A DNA stretch of 64,000 nucleotides, from assembly GCA_934167175.1 (NCBI GenBank), contig CAKPKF010000001.1:57804-121803 (forward strand), written 5' to 3'. Positions 27,190 to 37,624 of the stretch are shown here, in pieces. Source of the stretch: an uncultured Clostridia bacterium (lineage in GTDB: Bacteria; Bacillota; Clostridia; TANB77; CAG-508). Below the pieces are notes generated by a model, which saw nothing but the letters and a program-made list of their open reading frames with translations, ran no database searches and was not told the DNA's origin. Every line of letters starts with the position of its first letter. The stretch's first letter is position 1. The translations under genes were made by a program, and so were the position numbers.

Positions 27190-29277
27190 TTATCTAGACA
27201 TTTCCGTATATGGTATTGCTGTCATGTCTTCAGTTATTTGGCTACTATTCATTCCAAAATATTGTGCTATTATATCTCTAACAACTTCAGCAGTATATAG
27301 ACCATGACCTCCGTTTTCAACCATAACTGCTACCGCTATTTCTGGATCATCGAACGGTGCATATCCTGCAAACCATGCATTAGTTTTATTTCCTGCTTCT
27401 GCTGAACCTGTTTTTCCACCAACTTCTATATTAAAATCTTTAAATATAGAATATGCCGTTCCCCCTGTTTCACTTGTAACAGATCTCATGCCTTCTCTTA
27501 CGGCTGCTAAGTTTTTATCATCAATATTCAAATCTTCGTTAGTATCTTGTGTTAATCCTAATTTATCATTTACAAATTTTTCTATTTCATCTTTTGATAC
27601 CTCTGTTCCATCTGCATTTATTACACTCTTTACAATAGTTGGATTTATTTTATTTCCTCCATTTGCAATCATACTTATATATTTTGCAATTTGAATTGGT
27701 GAAAAGTTATTATAACTTTGACCTATTACAGCTGATAGCATATCTCCTAATTTCCATTCTCTACCTTTAGACTCTACTAATGATTTACTTGCTAAAGTTC
27801 CAGGATTTTCATTTGGTAATTCAACTCCAGTTTTTTCTCCTAATCCAAAATATTTTGAATATTTCTCTAGAACGTCTATTCCCATTCTTCTACCCATTTC
27901 ATAGAAATAGAAGTTACATGAATGTTGTATTGCACCTGTTACATTTAAATATCCATGTCCTCTATGAAAGTCTGTCCAATACCAACACACTGGCTTATGT
28001 GCATATGGATATACACCTGTATCATTTACCTTTTCTCTTGTATTAGTAACTCCTGATTCTAGTGCTGCAACTGCAGATACCATTTTATATATTGAACCTG
28101 GCGCATATGCACCCTGCACTGCTCTATTATACAATGGATTATTAGAATTTTCATGATATTTTTTCCAATTTTCACTACTTATACCACCAACAAATAATTC
28201 TGGTTCAAAGTCTGGATAACTTGCCATAGCAAGCACCTCACCTGTTTTAACATTCATTACTACAACTGCACCTGAGTTTGTAGTATATTGTTTTCCAAAT
28301 CCGCCACTATTTATTTTATGTATGTTATTTGCTAATGCTTGTTCTGTAACTAATTGTAAATTTGCATCTATTGAAAGTACAATATCTGAACCAGCAACTG
28401 CTTCTTGAGAAATGTATTCATCTGTTGCAGTTCCCTCAACAGCCATATCTATTTGTTTTATACCATCTTTACCTTTTAAATATTCCTCAAAAACTGCTTC
28501 TATTCCAGTTCTTCCAATATAATCATCATTATCATACCCTTGTTCTTTTTTCTGGTCATATTCCTTTTCGCTTATTTTTCCTATGTAACCAATTATATGT
28601 GAAGCTAAATTTCCTTTTTGGTATGTTCTTATCGGCTCTACAATTACATTTACTCCTGGGAATTCTGCACTTCTTTCGTTAAATTGATTTGCACTAGCTC
28701 TACTTATGTCTTTTGCTATTACTACTGATTTGGTACTACTATATCCAGCTTGTGCTATTTCATATCTTATTCCCATAATTTTTCTTACTTCTGATAAATC
28801 TTGATTTGTTATTTTATATTTTTCCTGTAACTTATAAAAACATTCTTCTGCAGTTAAATTTTTGTCTAATTTATTTTTTTCTTTCCATTTTTTCTCTGCT
28901 TCCTCATCCCCCAATGTAAATCCATATGGCTCTAATGTTATTGGAAGTGTATCTGTAAATGTATCTTCGTTTTCTTCTAAAACCTTTATCATTTTCAGTA
29001 TAGCTTCATTTAATGTTTCGTTATCTACTTTACTTTTATATAATTCTAAAGAAAATCCCATCTTTGTTGTTGCTAGTTTATTACCTGTTTTATCTAAAAT
29101 AGAACCTCTTGATGCTTCTAGTTTACTTTCCCTAGATAACTTTGTGTTAGACTTTTCTCTATATTCTTCCCCATTAACTATTTGTAAGTTGAAAAGTTGC
29201 AATATTAATATTAAAGATACTACATATACTATTGTATTAATTATATTAAATCTAAGTTTTATATTTGCTTTTTTCAA
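27190..29277 (-). CDS. Penicillin-binding protein 2 (class B transpeptidase, elongation-type)
   Basis: N-terminal TM anchor. SxxK (GSIYKM), SxN (HSCNFY) and KTG (GKTGSA) motifs. TTG start. Confidence 0.9.
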   Translation of the reverse strand: MKKANIKLRFNIINTIVYVVSLILILQLFNLQIVNGEEYREKSNTKLSRESKLEASRGSILDKTGNKLATTKMGFSLELYKSKVDNETLNEAILKMIKVLEENEDTFTDTLPITLEPYGFTLGDEEAEKKWKEKNKLDKNLTAEECFYKLQEKYKITNQDLSEVRKIMGIRYEIAQAGYSSTKSVVIAKDISRASANQFNERSAEFPGVNVIVEPIRTYQKGNLASHIIGYIGKISEKEYDQKKEQGYDNDDYIGRTGIEAVFEEYLKGKDGIKQIDMAVEGTATDEYISQEAVAGSDIVLSIDANLQLVTEQALANNIHKINSGGFGKQYTTNSGAVVVMNVKTGEVLAMASYPDFEPELFVGGISSENWKKYHENSNNPLYNRAVQGAYAPGSIYKMVSAVAALESGVTNTREKVNDTGVYPYAHKPVCWYWTDFHRGHGYLNVTGAIQHSCNFYFYEMGRRMGIDVLEKYSKYFGLGEKTGVELPNENPGTLASKSLVESKGREWKLGDMLSAVIGQSYNNFSPIQIAKYISMIANGGNKINPTIVKSVINADGTEVSKDEIEKFVNDKLGLTQDTNEDLNIDDKNLAAVREGMRSVTSETGGTAYSIFKDFNIEVGGKTGSAEAGNKTNAWFAGYAPFDDPEIAVAVMVENGGHGLYTAEVVRDIIAQYFGMNSSQITEDMTAIPYTEMSR

Positions 29278-29322
29278 CTTTTCACCTTCACTTTCATTTT
29301 TATTTTTCTTTATTTACAATTT

Positions 29323-29856
29323 CTAAAAATAACGCGTTAAAATTCTTGAACCGTTAAATTCATTTTCTATACGGTATCCGATTTTTTGTAATAGTGGATA
29401 AAGTATTATTGTTATTAATGTATTGTATATAATTTCAATTACTAAAATTTTAATGAATGCCTGTATTTCTAAATTCGTTTTTAATATTGCATAATTTAAA
29501 AAATAACTTCCTACTTCAAAAATAATAGTAGAACCTATTATCATTATCATAATTGTTATTCTACTATCTTTTGAAAAGTTTTTTTCAAAGTATCCTCCCA
29601 ACAATCCTATTATTCCAAGCATTATTCCTGATATTCCAATTTTTTTACTTATAAAAAAGTCCAAACATATTCCAAAAAATATACCCGTTTGTACTCCAAT
29701 ATTTTTTCCAGCAAATAAACTCAAAAACAATACCAGTATTACAAATAGATTAGGTCTTACTCCAGCTATTGTAAACCAGCTAAAGAAATTAGATTGTAAA
29801 AAATATATAAACAGAAATACTAGGAATGATATTAATAATATCGTTTGTTTTTTCAA
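29323..29856 (-). CDS. mreD: Rod shape-determining protein MreD
   Basis: 177-aa polytopic membrane protein in the mreB-mreC-mreD order. TTG start with an AGAGGTGA RBS. Confidence 0.8.
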   Translation of the reverse strand: MKKQTILLISFLVFLFIYFLQSNFFSWFTIAGVRPNLFVILVLFLSLFAGKNIGVQTGIFFGICLDFFISKKIGISGIMLGIIGLLGGYFEKNFSKDSRITIMIMIIGSTIIFEVGSYFLNYAILKTNLEIQAFIKILVIEIIYNTLITIILYPLLQKIGYRIENEFNGSRILTRYF

Positions 29857-29870
29857 TTAGTTCACCTCTT

Positions 29871-30692
29871 CTATTTAATAATAACTAATACTGTTTCTAA
29901 TTTTCCAAAATCAACTGCTGTTGACACTAGTGCATATCTATCTGTTATATTTTTTGTATTTACAATTTGTTTTATTGTTCCTATATGAATTCCTTTTGGA
30001 TATATTCCTCCAACACCTGATGTTTCTAGACTATCGCCTTGAACTAAACTTACTTCTGGTGGAATATATGTAGCTTTCAAACATGATTTGTCTCCATCTA
30101 ATGTTCCTCTGGCTATTATACTGTCTCTTGATGTACTAATTGTTGCGCTTACCGTACTAGCAGTATCTATTATTGTTTGTACTTTTGCTGTATCATTTGT
30201 AACTGATATTATATGTCCAACTAAACCTTTATCAGAGATTACTGTCATATTTGGTTTTATTCCATCATCACTTCCTACATTTATAACCAGTGTACTACTG
30301 TAATTGCTTACATCTTTATTTATTATATATGCTGGTGTTGTTGTATAACTTGTATATTTTTCTGTTAAATTCAAATATTCCTTCAATGTAGAATTTTCTG
30401 TTTTTATTATTTCAAATTCCCTTAGATTTTGTTCTAACTCACTATTTTTTTTCTTTAGTTCCTCATTTTCAGTCTTTAGTTTACTTATATCATCAAAGAA
30501 TGTGTTATTACCAGCTATTTTATTTTTTAAATATGTAAGTCCATTTTGTATTGGCATTACTAAGTTACCAAATGCGTTTTCTACATATGATAATTTTTCT
30601 ATTTTTATATTTGAAACAAAAACTAGTACTAATAATATTATTATTGTTAATATTATTCCTACAGCACCTGTCTTTTTATTGTTATTATACAT
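29871..30692 (-). CDS. mreC: Rod shape-determining protein MreC
   Basis: N-terminal TM, a coiled-coil (KLKTENEELKKKNSELEQNL) and C-terminal beta domains (GLVGHI...GIYPKGIHIGTI). Confidence 0.85.
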   Translation of the reverse strand: MYNNNKKTGAVGIILTIIILLVLVFVSNIKIEKLSYVENAFGNLVMPIQNGLTYLKNKIAGNNTFFDDISKLKTENEELKKKNSELEQNLREFEIIKTENSTLKEYLNLTEKYTSYTTTPAYIINKDVSNYSSTLVINVGSDDGIKPNMTVISDKGLVGHIISVTNDTAKVQTIIDTASTVSATISTSRDSIIARGTLDGDKSCLKATYIPPEVSLVQGDSLETSGVGGIYPKGIHIGTIKQIVNTKNITDRYALVSTAVDFGKLETVLVIIK

Positions 30693-30712
30693 TCTTTGCT
30701 CTCCTTTTTTGA

Positions 30713-31744
30713 TTATCTTCTTTTTCTTGCATTTAATAATACTACTTTAAGTTTTTCTAAATCTTCTAGTGTCTTTCCTGTTCCCTTCACAACACAGTCT
30801 AATGGTTCTTCAGCAATATATACTGGCATGCCTGTTTCCATACTAAGCAACTTGTCTAAATTTTTTATTAATGCTCCTCCACCAGCTAATACTATACCTT
30901 TTTCCATTATATCTGACGCTAATTCAGGTGGTGTCTTTTCTAGTGTTGCTTTTACTATTTCAACTATTTCTCTGATTGAATCTTTCATTGCTTCTTCTAC
31001 TTGTGAAGAAGTTATTGTTTCATTTCTTGGTAGCCCAGTTCCTAAGTCTCTTCCTCTAACTTCCATACTCATTTCTGTCATTAATGGCGTAGCACATCCT
31101 ATTTCCATTTTTATTTGTTCTGCTGTTGTTTCCCCTATTGCTAAATTCATTTCTCTTTTAACATAATTTACTATATCTTCATCCAATTCATCACCTGCAA
31201 CTCTTAGTGAATAACTATTTACTATTCCACCTAATGAAATTACTGCAACTTCCGTTGTTCCCCCTCCGATATCTACTATTATGTTTCCACTTGGTTCTGC
31301 TACATCCAAATTAGCACCTATAGCTGCTGCCATTGGTTCTTCTATTAAATACACTTCTTTTGCTCCTGCTTGCATTACAGATTCTTCTACTGCTCTTTCT
31401 TCTACCTCTGTTATGCCTGATGGAACTCCTACCACTACTCTTGGTCTACCTGCGTTATACCTTTGGCATACTTTATTTAATATGTTTTTTAACATTAACT
31501 GTGTTGCTGTAAAGTCTGCTATAACACCATCTTTTAATGGTCTTATAGCCTTTATTTGATCTGGCGTTCTTCCTAACATTTCTTTTGCCTCATGTCCTGT
31601 TGCTAAAATTGCACCACTTCTTCTGTCTATTGCTACTACTGATGGTTCTTTAAGGACTATTCCTTTTCCTTTTAACGTAACCAGCATATTTGCTGTTCCT
31701 AAATCTATACCAATATCTTTTGAAACCAATCCAAAAAGTTTCAT
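30713..31744 (-). CDS. mreB: Rod shape-determining actin homologue MreB
   Basis: DIGIDLGTANM, DIGGGTTEVAVIS and LAGGGALI motifs. The start is set at MKLFGL (31744) because the longer ORF would overlap radC. Confidence 0.9.
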   Translation of the reverse strand: MKLFGLVSKDIGIDLGTANMLVTLKGKGIVLKEPSVVAIDRRSGAILATGHEAKEMLGRTPDQIKAIRPLKDGVIADFTATQLMLKNILNKVCQRYNAGRPRVVVGVPSGITEVEERAVEESVMQAGAKEVYLIEEPMAAAIGANLDVAEPSGNIIVDIGGGTTEVAVISLGGIVNSYSLRVAGDELDEDIVNYVKREMNLAIGETTAEQIKMEIGCATPLMTEMSMEVRGRDLGTGLPRNETITSSQVEEAMKDSIREIVEIVKATLEKTPPELASDIMEKGIVLAGGGALIKNLDKLLSMETGMPVYIAEEPLDCVVKGTGKTLEDLEKLKVVLLNARKRR

Positions 31745-31785
31745 TATTTCCACAATCCTTTCTTTTATAGATAATTTTATTGTCT

Positions 31786-32475
31786 TCACTTTTTTGAAAA
31801 TATACTTTGGTATTTATTATCTCCTATTATTATGTGGTCTAGTAACTCTATTCCCATTAAACTCGCACATTCATATATTCTATCTGTAACTATATAATCG
31901 CTATTGCTTGGTGTTGGATCCCCACTTGGATGATTATGCACTAATATTATTTTGGTAGCTTGCATTTTTATAGGTTCTAACAATATTTCCTTTGGTTCTA
32001 TTACTGCAAAATTTGTTCCTCCCAAAGAGATATCTAATATTTTTAGGACTCTATTTTTAGTATTTAATATAATTAATTTTGCAATTTCTCTTTTTTCATA
32101 TTTCATTTCATCCATTAATATATTTGCAACATCTTGTGAGCTTTTTATTTTTACATTTAGATTATTGATAGGTCTTGACATTCTTTTTGCTAATTCACAT
32201 ACTGCTACTAATTGTATTGCTTTTACTTTTCCTATACCTTTTATTTGCATAAATTCTTGTATAGACAGTTCGTGCATAAATCGTAAGTCATTTGTATGTT
32301 CATCTTTCCTTATTTTTAATATTTTCTGTGCTAAGTTAACTGATGTTTCATTTTTTGTACCGGTTTTTATTATTATTGCTATTAACTCTGAATTAGATAA
32401 AGTTTTTGCTCCGTACATTTCTAATTTTTCATACGGACGCTCTGATAATGGGAGTTCTTTCATTTTTGTTGACAT
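31786..32475 (-). CDS. radC: RadC-family JAB-domain protein
   Basis: HhH-like N-terminal half and the JAMM motif HNHPSGDPTPS. Confidence 0.85.
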   Translation of the reverse strand: MSTKMKELPLSERPYEKLEMYGAKTLSNSELIAIIIKTGTKNETSVNLAQKILKIRKDEHTNDLRFMHELSIQEFMQIKGIGKVKAIQLVAVCELAKRMSRPINNLNVKIKSSQDVANILMDEMKYEKREIAKLIILNTKNRVLKILDISLGGTNFAVIEPKEILLEPIKMQATKIILVHNHPSGDPTPSNSDYIVTDRIYECASLMGIELLDHIIIGDNKYQSIFSKK

Positions 32476-32509
32476 ATAATCAGTCCTTTCTTGCTCCCCT
32501 TATTATATT

Positions 32510-32767
32510 TTAAACTTTTCTATAAATAAAAATCGCTATTGCCATTCCTATTATACTTGCAATATTTATTTTGCATACAAAGCCAAATGTTATATTTAGG
32601 ATGTTCAAATCTAATGTTATAGGATTTGATATTCCAAATGATTCACCATAAGATAGCCACCATAGGAAATCTACTTTTGAAGCAAAATCTCCTAATAATC
32701 CACCTATAACTAATCCGGATAGTATAAATATTAGTAATATCCATATATTTTTATCTTTTGTTGCCAT
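32510..32767 (-). CDS. Small membrane protein (85 aa, DUF4321-like)
   Basis: Two TM segments. This position next to radC is typical in Clostridia. The family name comes from memory of the sequence pattern (LLGDF...LNILNITFG). Confidence 0.55.
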   Translation of the reverse strand: MATKDKNIWILLIFILSGLVIGGLLGDFASKVDFLWWLSYGESFGISNPITLDLNILNITFGFVCKINIASIIGMAIAIFIYRKV

Positions 32768-33408
32768 TTTGTTCCTCCATTTCTTGTTACGGATTTCTTA
32801 ATTTAGTATATTTTTAACATCTATTTTTAATTTATTTTTTAAATAAATTATCTTCTTTCATAAAGTAAAGATTTATATAAAATATTTCTGTTTTTATTTC
32901 TTTTATATTATATATGTATCTGTCATTTTTTTCAAGTGATATATTATTTATTTTACAATTTTTTAACAATACTTTTTCACTTTTTAAATTGCATATTATA
33001 CACACAAAAAAAAGTGAGTTTAGATTACATATTGTATACGTAAAAATTCTTGTTTTCATATATGATAGAAAGTGCGATTTTTTCGCACTTTTTACTTCTA
33101 ATTCATATTTAGTATTTTGATTCTTAATAACACCAAATTATTTATTGTTATGTTGTCATTATAATCTAAAACCATGAACTTATTAAATTTTTGTAAATTT
33201 CCTTATGTTTTTATACATTCTCTCTTATTATAGTAATTTATATTTGTTACATTTTTATTTCTTTTTTTACTAATTTGTGCTATAGTGTATAGTACCTTTT
33301 TGTTTTAGATTTAATATAATAATATATATGGTCGTAATTTCATTATTTTACCATTTGAAAATAATAAAATTAGTAGTATAATATTATTAAGACTTAGGAG
33401 GTATTTAT

Positions 33409-34056
33409 ATGAGAATTGAAAAACTTAATGAAAACAAAATAAGAATTACCCTTAATTTAGAAGATTTAAAAGAAAACAATATAGATTTGCATGATTTTAT
33501 GTCTAATTCCATAGAATCTCAAGAATTATTTGTACATATGCTAAACAAAGCTAAACAAGAAGTAGGTTTTGTTACTGATGACTATAAAATTATGATTGAA
33601 GCTTTAGCTACATCCGATGGCAACTTTGTTTTAACCGTAACTAGAATAAACCCAATTTCTACTACTAAAAAGAAAAAAATACATATAAAAAGAAAGTCTC
33701 AAAAAATTAATCTTGAAACTACAATTTATTGTTTTTCTACTTTTGATGAATTTTGTGATTTTTGTATTTATTTAAAACATAGTAAGTTTAATAACTTTAG
33801 TAAGTTTGTGGATACTATTTCTTTGTTTTTATATAATGAACATTATTATTTAGTGTTAAAAAATATACATTCAGACTTTGCATTATTGAAAAATTTCTGT
33901 TCTTCAATTACGGAATTCGGGCATTTTGTAAATAATTCTCATTTGTTTGAGCATAAATTATTAGAATATGGGGATATAATACTGCCAGAAGATGCAATTT
34001 TAAAATGTCAGCAGTACTTTGTTACTACTAAAAAGAAAACACGAAAAAAAAGTTAG
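33409..34056 (+). CDS. mecA: Adaptor protein MecA
   Basis: AGGAGG RBS. N-terminus MRIEKLNENKIRITLNLEDL. The overall layout parallels B. subtilis MecA, including the C-terminal LLEYGDIILPEDAI. Confidence 0.75.
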   Translation: MRIEKLNENKIRITLNLEDLKENNIDLHDFMSNSIESQELFVHMLNKAKQEVGFVTDDYKIMIEALATSDGNFVLTVTRINPISTTKKKKIHIKRKSQKINLETTIYCFSTFDEFCDFCIYLKHSKFNNFSKFVDTISLFLYNEHYYLVLKNIHSDFALLKNFCSSITEFGHFVNNSHLFEHKLLEYGDIILPEDAILKCQQYFVTTKKKTRKKS

Positions 34057-34079
34057 TTATTTAAATAACTAACTTTTTG
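34051..34079. terminator. Bidirectional terminator between mecA and the M23 peptidase gene
   Basis: Stem AGTTAGTTATT-taa-AATAACTAACT followed by TTTT. It overlaps the mecA stop codon. Confidence 0.55.
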
Positions 34080-34082
34080 AAT

Positions 34083-35111
34083 TTAATATACATAATTTTG
34101 TGGGTTTTGTGCTACTCCATTTACTCTAACTTCTAGATGCAAATGTGGTCCTGTTGAATTTCCCGTTGAGCCAACTGCTGCTATTACTTGCCCCTGTGAT
34201 ATTTTTTGTCCAACACTCACATTTATAGAACTACAGTGTGCATAATATGTTTGTACACCATTTCCGTGGCTAATCGCAACCATCTTTCCATATGAACCTT
34301 TCCATCCTGCAAAAGATACAACTCCTGCTGCTGAAGCTTTTATCGCTGTTCCTCTTGGACTAGCTATATCTAGCCCTGTATGCGCTCCACCTCTAATACT
34401 TGCCATGCTTCCAAATCTTGATGATATAGTTCCAGATACTGGTCTTGCTAATGCAATTCCTAATGGCTTTTTGGTTTTTGATAATTCTCTTTTAGTACTA
34501 ACTTTTTCCACTGATATATTTGAAAAATCCACATTTTTGCTTGTAACATCACTTTCAGTATTAGTAGCTTTTGCTATTTTTTTATTGTTAGTCTTTGTTT
34601 TATTTAACTTAGAAATCACTTCTTCTGTTGAAACTACTGCTCCCATATCTGTATCATGTTTTTCTACATAACTTATGTCTTCTATGTTCCAATTCCCCTG
34701 TTCCCTAAGCTTTGCAATTATTTCTTCTGCTTCTGCACTACTTGCTACATAATCTTTTTCCTCTCCGTTTTCCATAATTGCATAATATTTATAATATACT
34801 GTTCCTGTTTGTTTTATTTTGTCAAAAATTTCATTATCATTAGTTGTAACATTCCTTTTTAATAAACACATTTTATATTCTGGTAAATTATCTACTTGAA
34901 CAAAAGCTACATTTTCTTCTTCTCCTGTTTCTAAATATTCATTTATTCTTGTTTGAAAATCTTTCTTATTATTAATATAGCCAATGTCTTCTCCGTTTAG
35001 TGTTACGTTATAAGTGGGCTTATAAACAAATGCTACTATTCCTAATATAATAAAAAGGCTTACTGTTATTAAAATAGCAAATTTCAATGTTACTCTAATA
35101 TGTACTACCAA
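34083..35111 (-). CDS. Membrane-anchored M23/LytM-family metallopeptidase
   Basis: N-terminal TM. C-terminal HTGLDIA (HxxxD) and PHLHLEV (HxH) zinc motifs. Confidence 0.85.
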   Translation of the reverse strand: MVVHIRVTLKFAILITVSLFIILGIVAFVYKPTYNVTLNGEDIGYINNKKDFQTRINEYLETGEEENVAFVQVDNLPEYKMCLLKRNVTTNDNEIFDKIKQTGTVYYKYYAIMENGEEKDYVASSAEAEEIIAKLREQGNWNIEDISYVEKHDTDMGAVVSTEEVISKLNKTKTNNKKIAKATNTESDVTSKNVDFSNISVEKVSTKRELSKTKKPLGIALARPVSGTISSRFGSMASIRGGAHTGLDIASPRGTAIKASAAGVVSFAGWKGSYGKMVAISHGNGVQTYYAHCSSINVSVGQKISQGQVIAAVGSTGNSTGPHLHLEVRVNGVAQNPQNYVY

Positions 35112-35321
35112 TTTTTTAAATAGATTATTTATTTAAATCACCCCTTATTTTTTATTATTGCTATTGTATATTAACTCTTTAATATTAACAATTTTAAAAA
35201 AATAGTAATTTTTTATAGTTTAGTTACTAATTCTCCATTTATGTTGGTTTCTCTTAATTTTTCTCAATTATGTAATTATATTAGAAATAAGTACCTATAA
35301 AAGGTACTTATTTCTAATATC

Positions 35322-35567
35322 TTATTGTTGTAATTCAGTTTTTACTGTATTTATTTCTTCAGGTGTTGCTTTAGCTGCTGGCTTATAATATCCTTTGGTT
35401 TGTGCTACCTTAAAAAGTTCATATTGAAAACTTTCACAATTGTTTCTTATTTGTTGTACAGTCTGTCTAAGTTGCATATTCTCTGCTTCTGATATAACAC
35501 CTTGATAACTTGTAAGCTCTGCTTTAACGCTGTCTAATATATCATTAACCATTGTTTTTTCTTCCAT
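35322..35567 (-). CDS. Spore coat protein, CotF-like
   Basis: Pattern VNDILDSVKAELTSYQGVISEAENMQLRQTVQQIRNNCESFQYELF, typical of the Coat F domain. Confidence 0.7.
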   Translation of the reverse strand: MEEKTMVNDILDSVKAELTSYQGVISEAENMQLRQTVQQIRNNCESFQYELFKVAQTKGYYKPAAKATPEEINTVKTELQQ

Positions 35568-35579
35568 TATATTACCCTC

Positions 35580-35765
35580 CTAATTAAAAAAAGTCATTAA
35601 CTTTTGTTTCGTATTTAATGCATCTTGTGCAGATTTTGTAAACATTTGCTTTATTTGTGGATCTACACATTGTGAAGCATAATTATTTAGTTTTTCATAA
35701 GATGTTTCATGAGCACCTACTAAATGTCGCAAATTTTGTAATTCAACTTGACTTAAGTTAGCCAT
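35580..35765 (-). CDS. Small spore-coat-associated protein (CotF-pair partner)
   Basis: 61 aa, lying immediately upstream of the CotF-like gene in the same orientation. LRHLVGAHETSYEKLNNYASQCVDPQIKQMF. Confidence 0.55.
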   Translation of the reverse strand: MANLSQVELQNLRHLVGAHETSYEKLNNYASQCVDPQIKQMFTKSAQDALNTKQKLMTFFN

Positions 35766-35870
35766 AACTAAATCATCCTTTCTTAATATAATACTTTTAT
35801 TATTTGCTTTTTTTTATTTTATATTCATTTTTTATACACATACATATATTTCTTCAACTATTTTTTAAAA

Positions 35871-35906
35871 AATGAAAAAAGTTACAAAAATGTAACTTTT
35901 TTCATT
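35871..35906 (-). terminator. Intrinsic terminator after the C1 peptidase gene
   Basis: 16-bp perfect stem AATGAAAAAAGTTACA-aaaa-TGTAACTTTTTTCATT next to the stop codon, followed by a T-run on the minus strand. Confidence 0.65.
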
Positions 35907-37601
35907 TTAATCTATATCTTGCCCCAAAATTTTTCTTCTGAGTTTTGCCAAATCATTTAATGTTATTTGTCCATTTCCATCTAAATCAGCTTTTATTTTT
36001 TGTTCATTAGAAAGTTTTATTTTATTCAATATAAAATTTCTTTGTAATGACAAGTCATTTATAGTAATATTTCCATTTTTATCAATATCTCCATCTGTAT
36101 TATTAGTAAACACTTTAATGTTCGCTATTGCTCCACTGTCTTTAAGATCTATCCAATTTCCATTCAATGCATTACTTATATAGCTTCGGTTACTCTCAAG
36201 TTTTTCTGTAGAATATGTACTTGTATTAACATTTTCCACTCCTACTTTGGCAGTCCCATTTCCACATGTATACTCTACTGCAACGGCAAATTTTTCTCCA
36301 ATTATTTTTATAGGATTTTCCAATTTTATTGTGTGATATCCTGGTTTTAATTCTTCTGTTCCCGAATATACAAGTTTTAAATCATTCTTATTAAGATTAC
36401 CATTTTTTTCATTTATATATATATTACAAGTTTGTTCACTCATAATTGCTATTGAAACACTTGTTATAAATTCTTGTTTAGCTGATTGCTTATCAAATAT
36501 ATTTGCTGCATACACTTTAGGGGTACTTAATGTCATGATAGAATTTATTCCTAGTTTATCATGTTGATATAATTCATCATACCAGACCTTATTTTCCGAA
36601 TCAACTATTCCTGTAAGAACACTACCTATTACAGGATCTTCATATGAAACAAATAAATAACCAGCATTATTCGGATTATCTGTAGTAAATTGTTCTCCCC
36701 ATGAATTTCTTACTATAAAGGCCCCTGGTTTAGCTGGTCTATTTGATGAATTAAAATTTTCCACTGCATAATTATCATCCCAACCTATTACACTTACTGC
36801 ATGATCTCCAAGTTGTGCATTTGGTACATAATATGCTCCTGTAGCCATGTTATAATAACTATAAAAACTTTGACCTGTATTAATGCATGCAAATACTGAA
36901 CCATATTTCTCTATGTGACTTTTAATGTTATTTATTTTTTCTGTTCTCTTGCTTTCTGTGTCGTCACTTTTAAAGTTAGGAAATATTACCCAATCATTAA
37001 CTTTAGTACATGTCTTTTTGTTTTGAATTTCTGATATTTCTATCTTGTTTTCATTGTTTTCAAAAGGCATATCTGTTTCTTGAATTGCCCCAGTACCATT
37101 AGTTAAGTAAGAAAGTGCCATTAATGTTGTTCCTCCACTCCCTACTTCTCTATTATAACCTATTGAATTTTTTACATTATTTTTAAAAGTTAGTGATGTC
37201 GCGTATTCCAAATGTCTTTCAGAAAAATCATATATATATTTTTTATCATTTAATAAACTTAAATTTGTCTCTAGTGAACTTAATGTCGAAAATGCCCAAC
37301 ATTGTGATGTACTCATTTGGTTTTTTACTTTCATACCTGATATAACATCTCTTAAATCAAAATAACTCTTTGAGCTTGACTTCAGCATTCTTGCCATATT
37401 ATTCTTATTGGTTGAATATTCTATATCATACTTAATTGGTTCTATATATTTTTTCTTTTCTTCTTCTGATAAGTTTAACCATATTTTATATTTATCACTA
37501 TACTCCGGTTCTGTTACATCGGCTTGTACTATTGGTGATAATATAAATATTAATGAAATTATACTAATACACAATATTCTCTTATTTATAGTATTTTTCA
37601 T
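35907..37601 (-). CDS. Secreted papain-family (C1) cysteine peptidase with a C-terminal type-I dockerin module
   Basis: Start at MKNTINK (AAGGAGG 5 nt upstream). Signal peptide ...PIVQA. Catalytic triad context SQCWAFS / DHAVSVIGWD / RNSWG. Duplicated dockerin calcium loops DIDKNGNITINDL and DLDGNGQITLNDL. Confidence 0.8.
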   Translation of the reverse strand: MKNTINKRILCISIISLIFILSPIVQADVTEPEYSDKYKIWLNLSEEEKKKYIEPIKYDIEYSTNKNNMARMLKSSSKSYFDLRDVISGMKVKNQMSTSQCWAFSTLSSLETNLSLLNDKKYIYDFSERHLEYATSLTFKNNVKNSIGYNREVGSGGTTLMALSYLTNGTGAIQETDMPFENNENKIEISEIQNKKTCTKVNDWVIFPNFKSDDTESKRTEKINNIKSHIEKYGSVFACINTGQSFYSYYNMATGAYYVPNAQLGDHAVSVIGWDDNYAVENFNSSNRPAKPGAFIVRNSWGEQFTTDNPNNAGYLFVSYEDPVIGSVLTGIVDSENKVWYDELYQHDKLGINSIMTLSTPKVYAANIFDKQSAKQEFITSVSIAIMSEQTCNIYINEKNGNLNKNDLKLVYSGTEELKPGYHTIKLENPIKIIGEKFAVAVEYTCGNGTAKVGVENVNTSTYSTEKLESNRSYISNALNGNWIDLKDSGAIANIKVFTNNTDGDIDKNGNITINDLSLQRNFILNKIKLSNEQKIKADLDGNGQITLNDLAKLRRKILGQDID

Positions 37602-37624
37602 TTGTTCCTCCTTGTACATGACAT

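Noticed and set aside
30696-32479. 156-aa and 175-aa plus-strand ORFs overlapping mreB and radC. Also 59046..59531 over cvpA and 25709..26035 over the 150-aa gene.
   Set aside because: They are antisense to genes carrying unmistakable family motifs and have no independent support.
32832-33059. 75-aa minus-strand ORF in the long intergenic gap
   Set aside because: It has no RBS, a Cys/Asn/Ile-rich composition and no TM or signal logic. It is probably non-coding.
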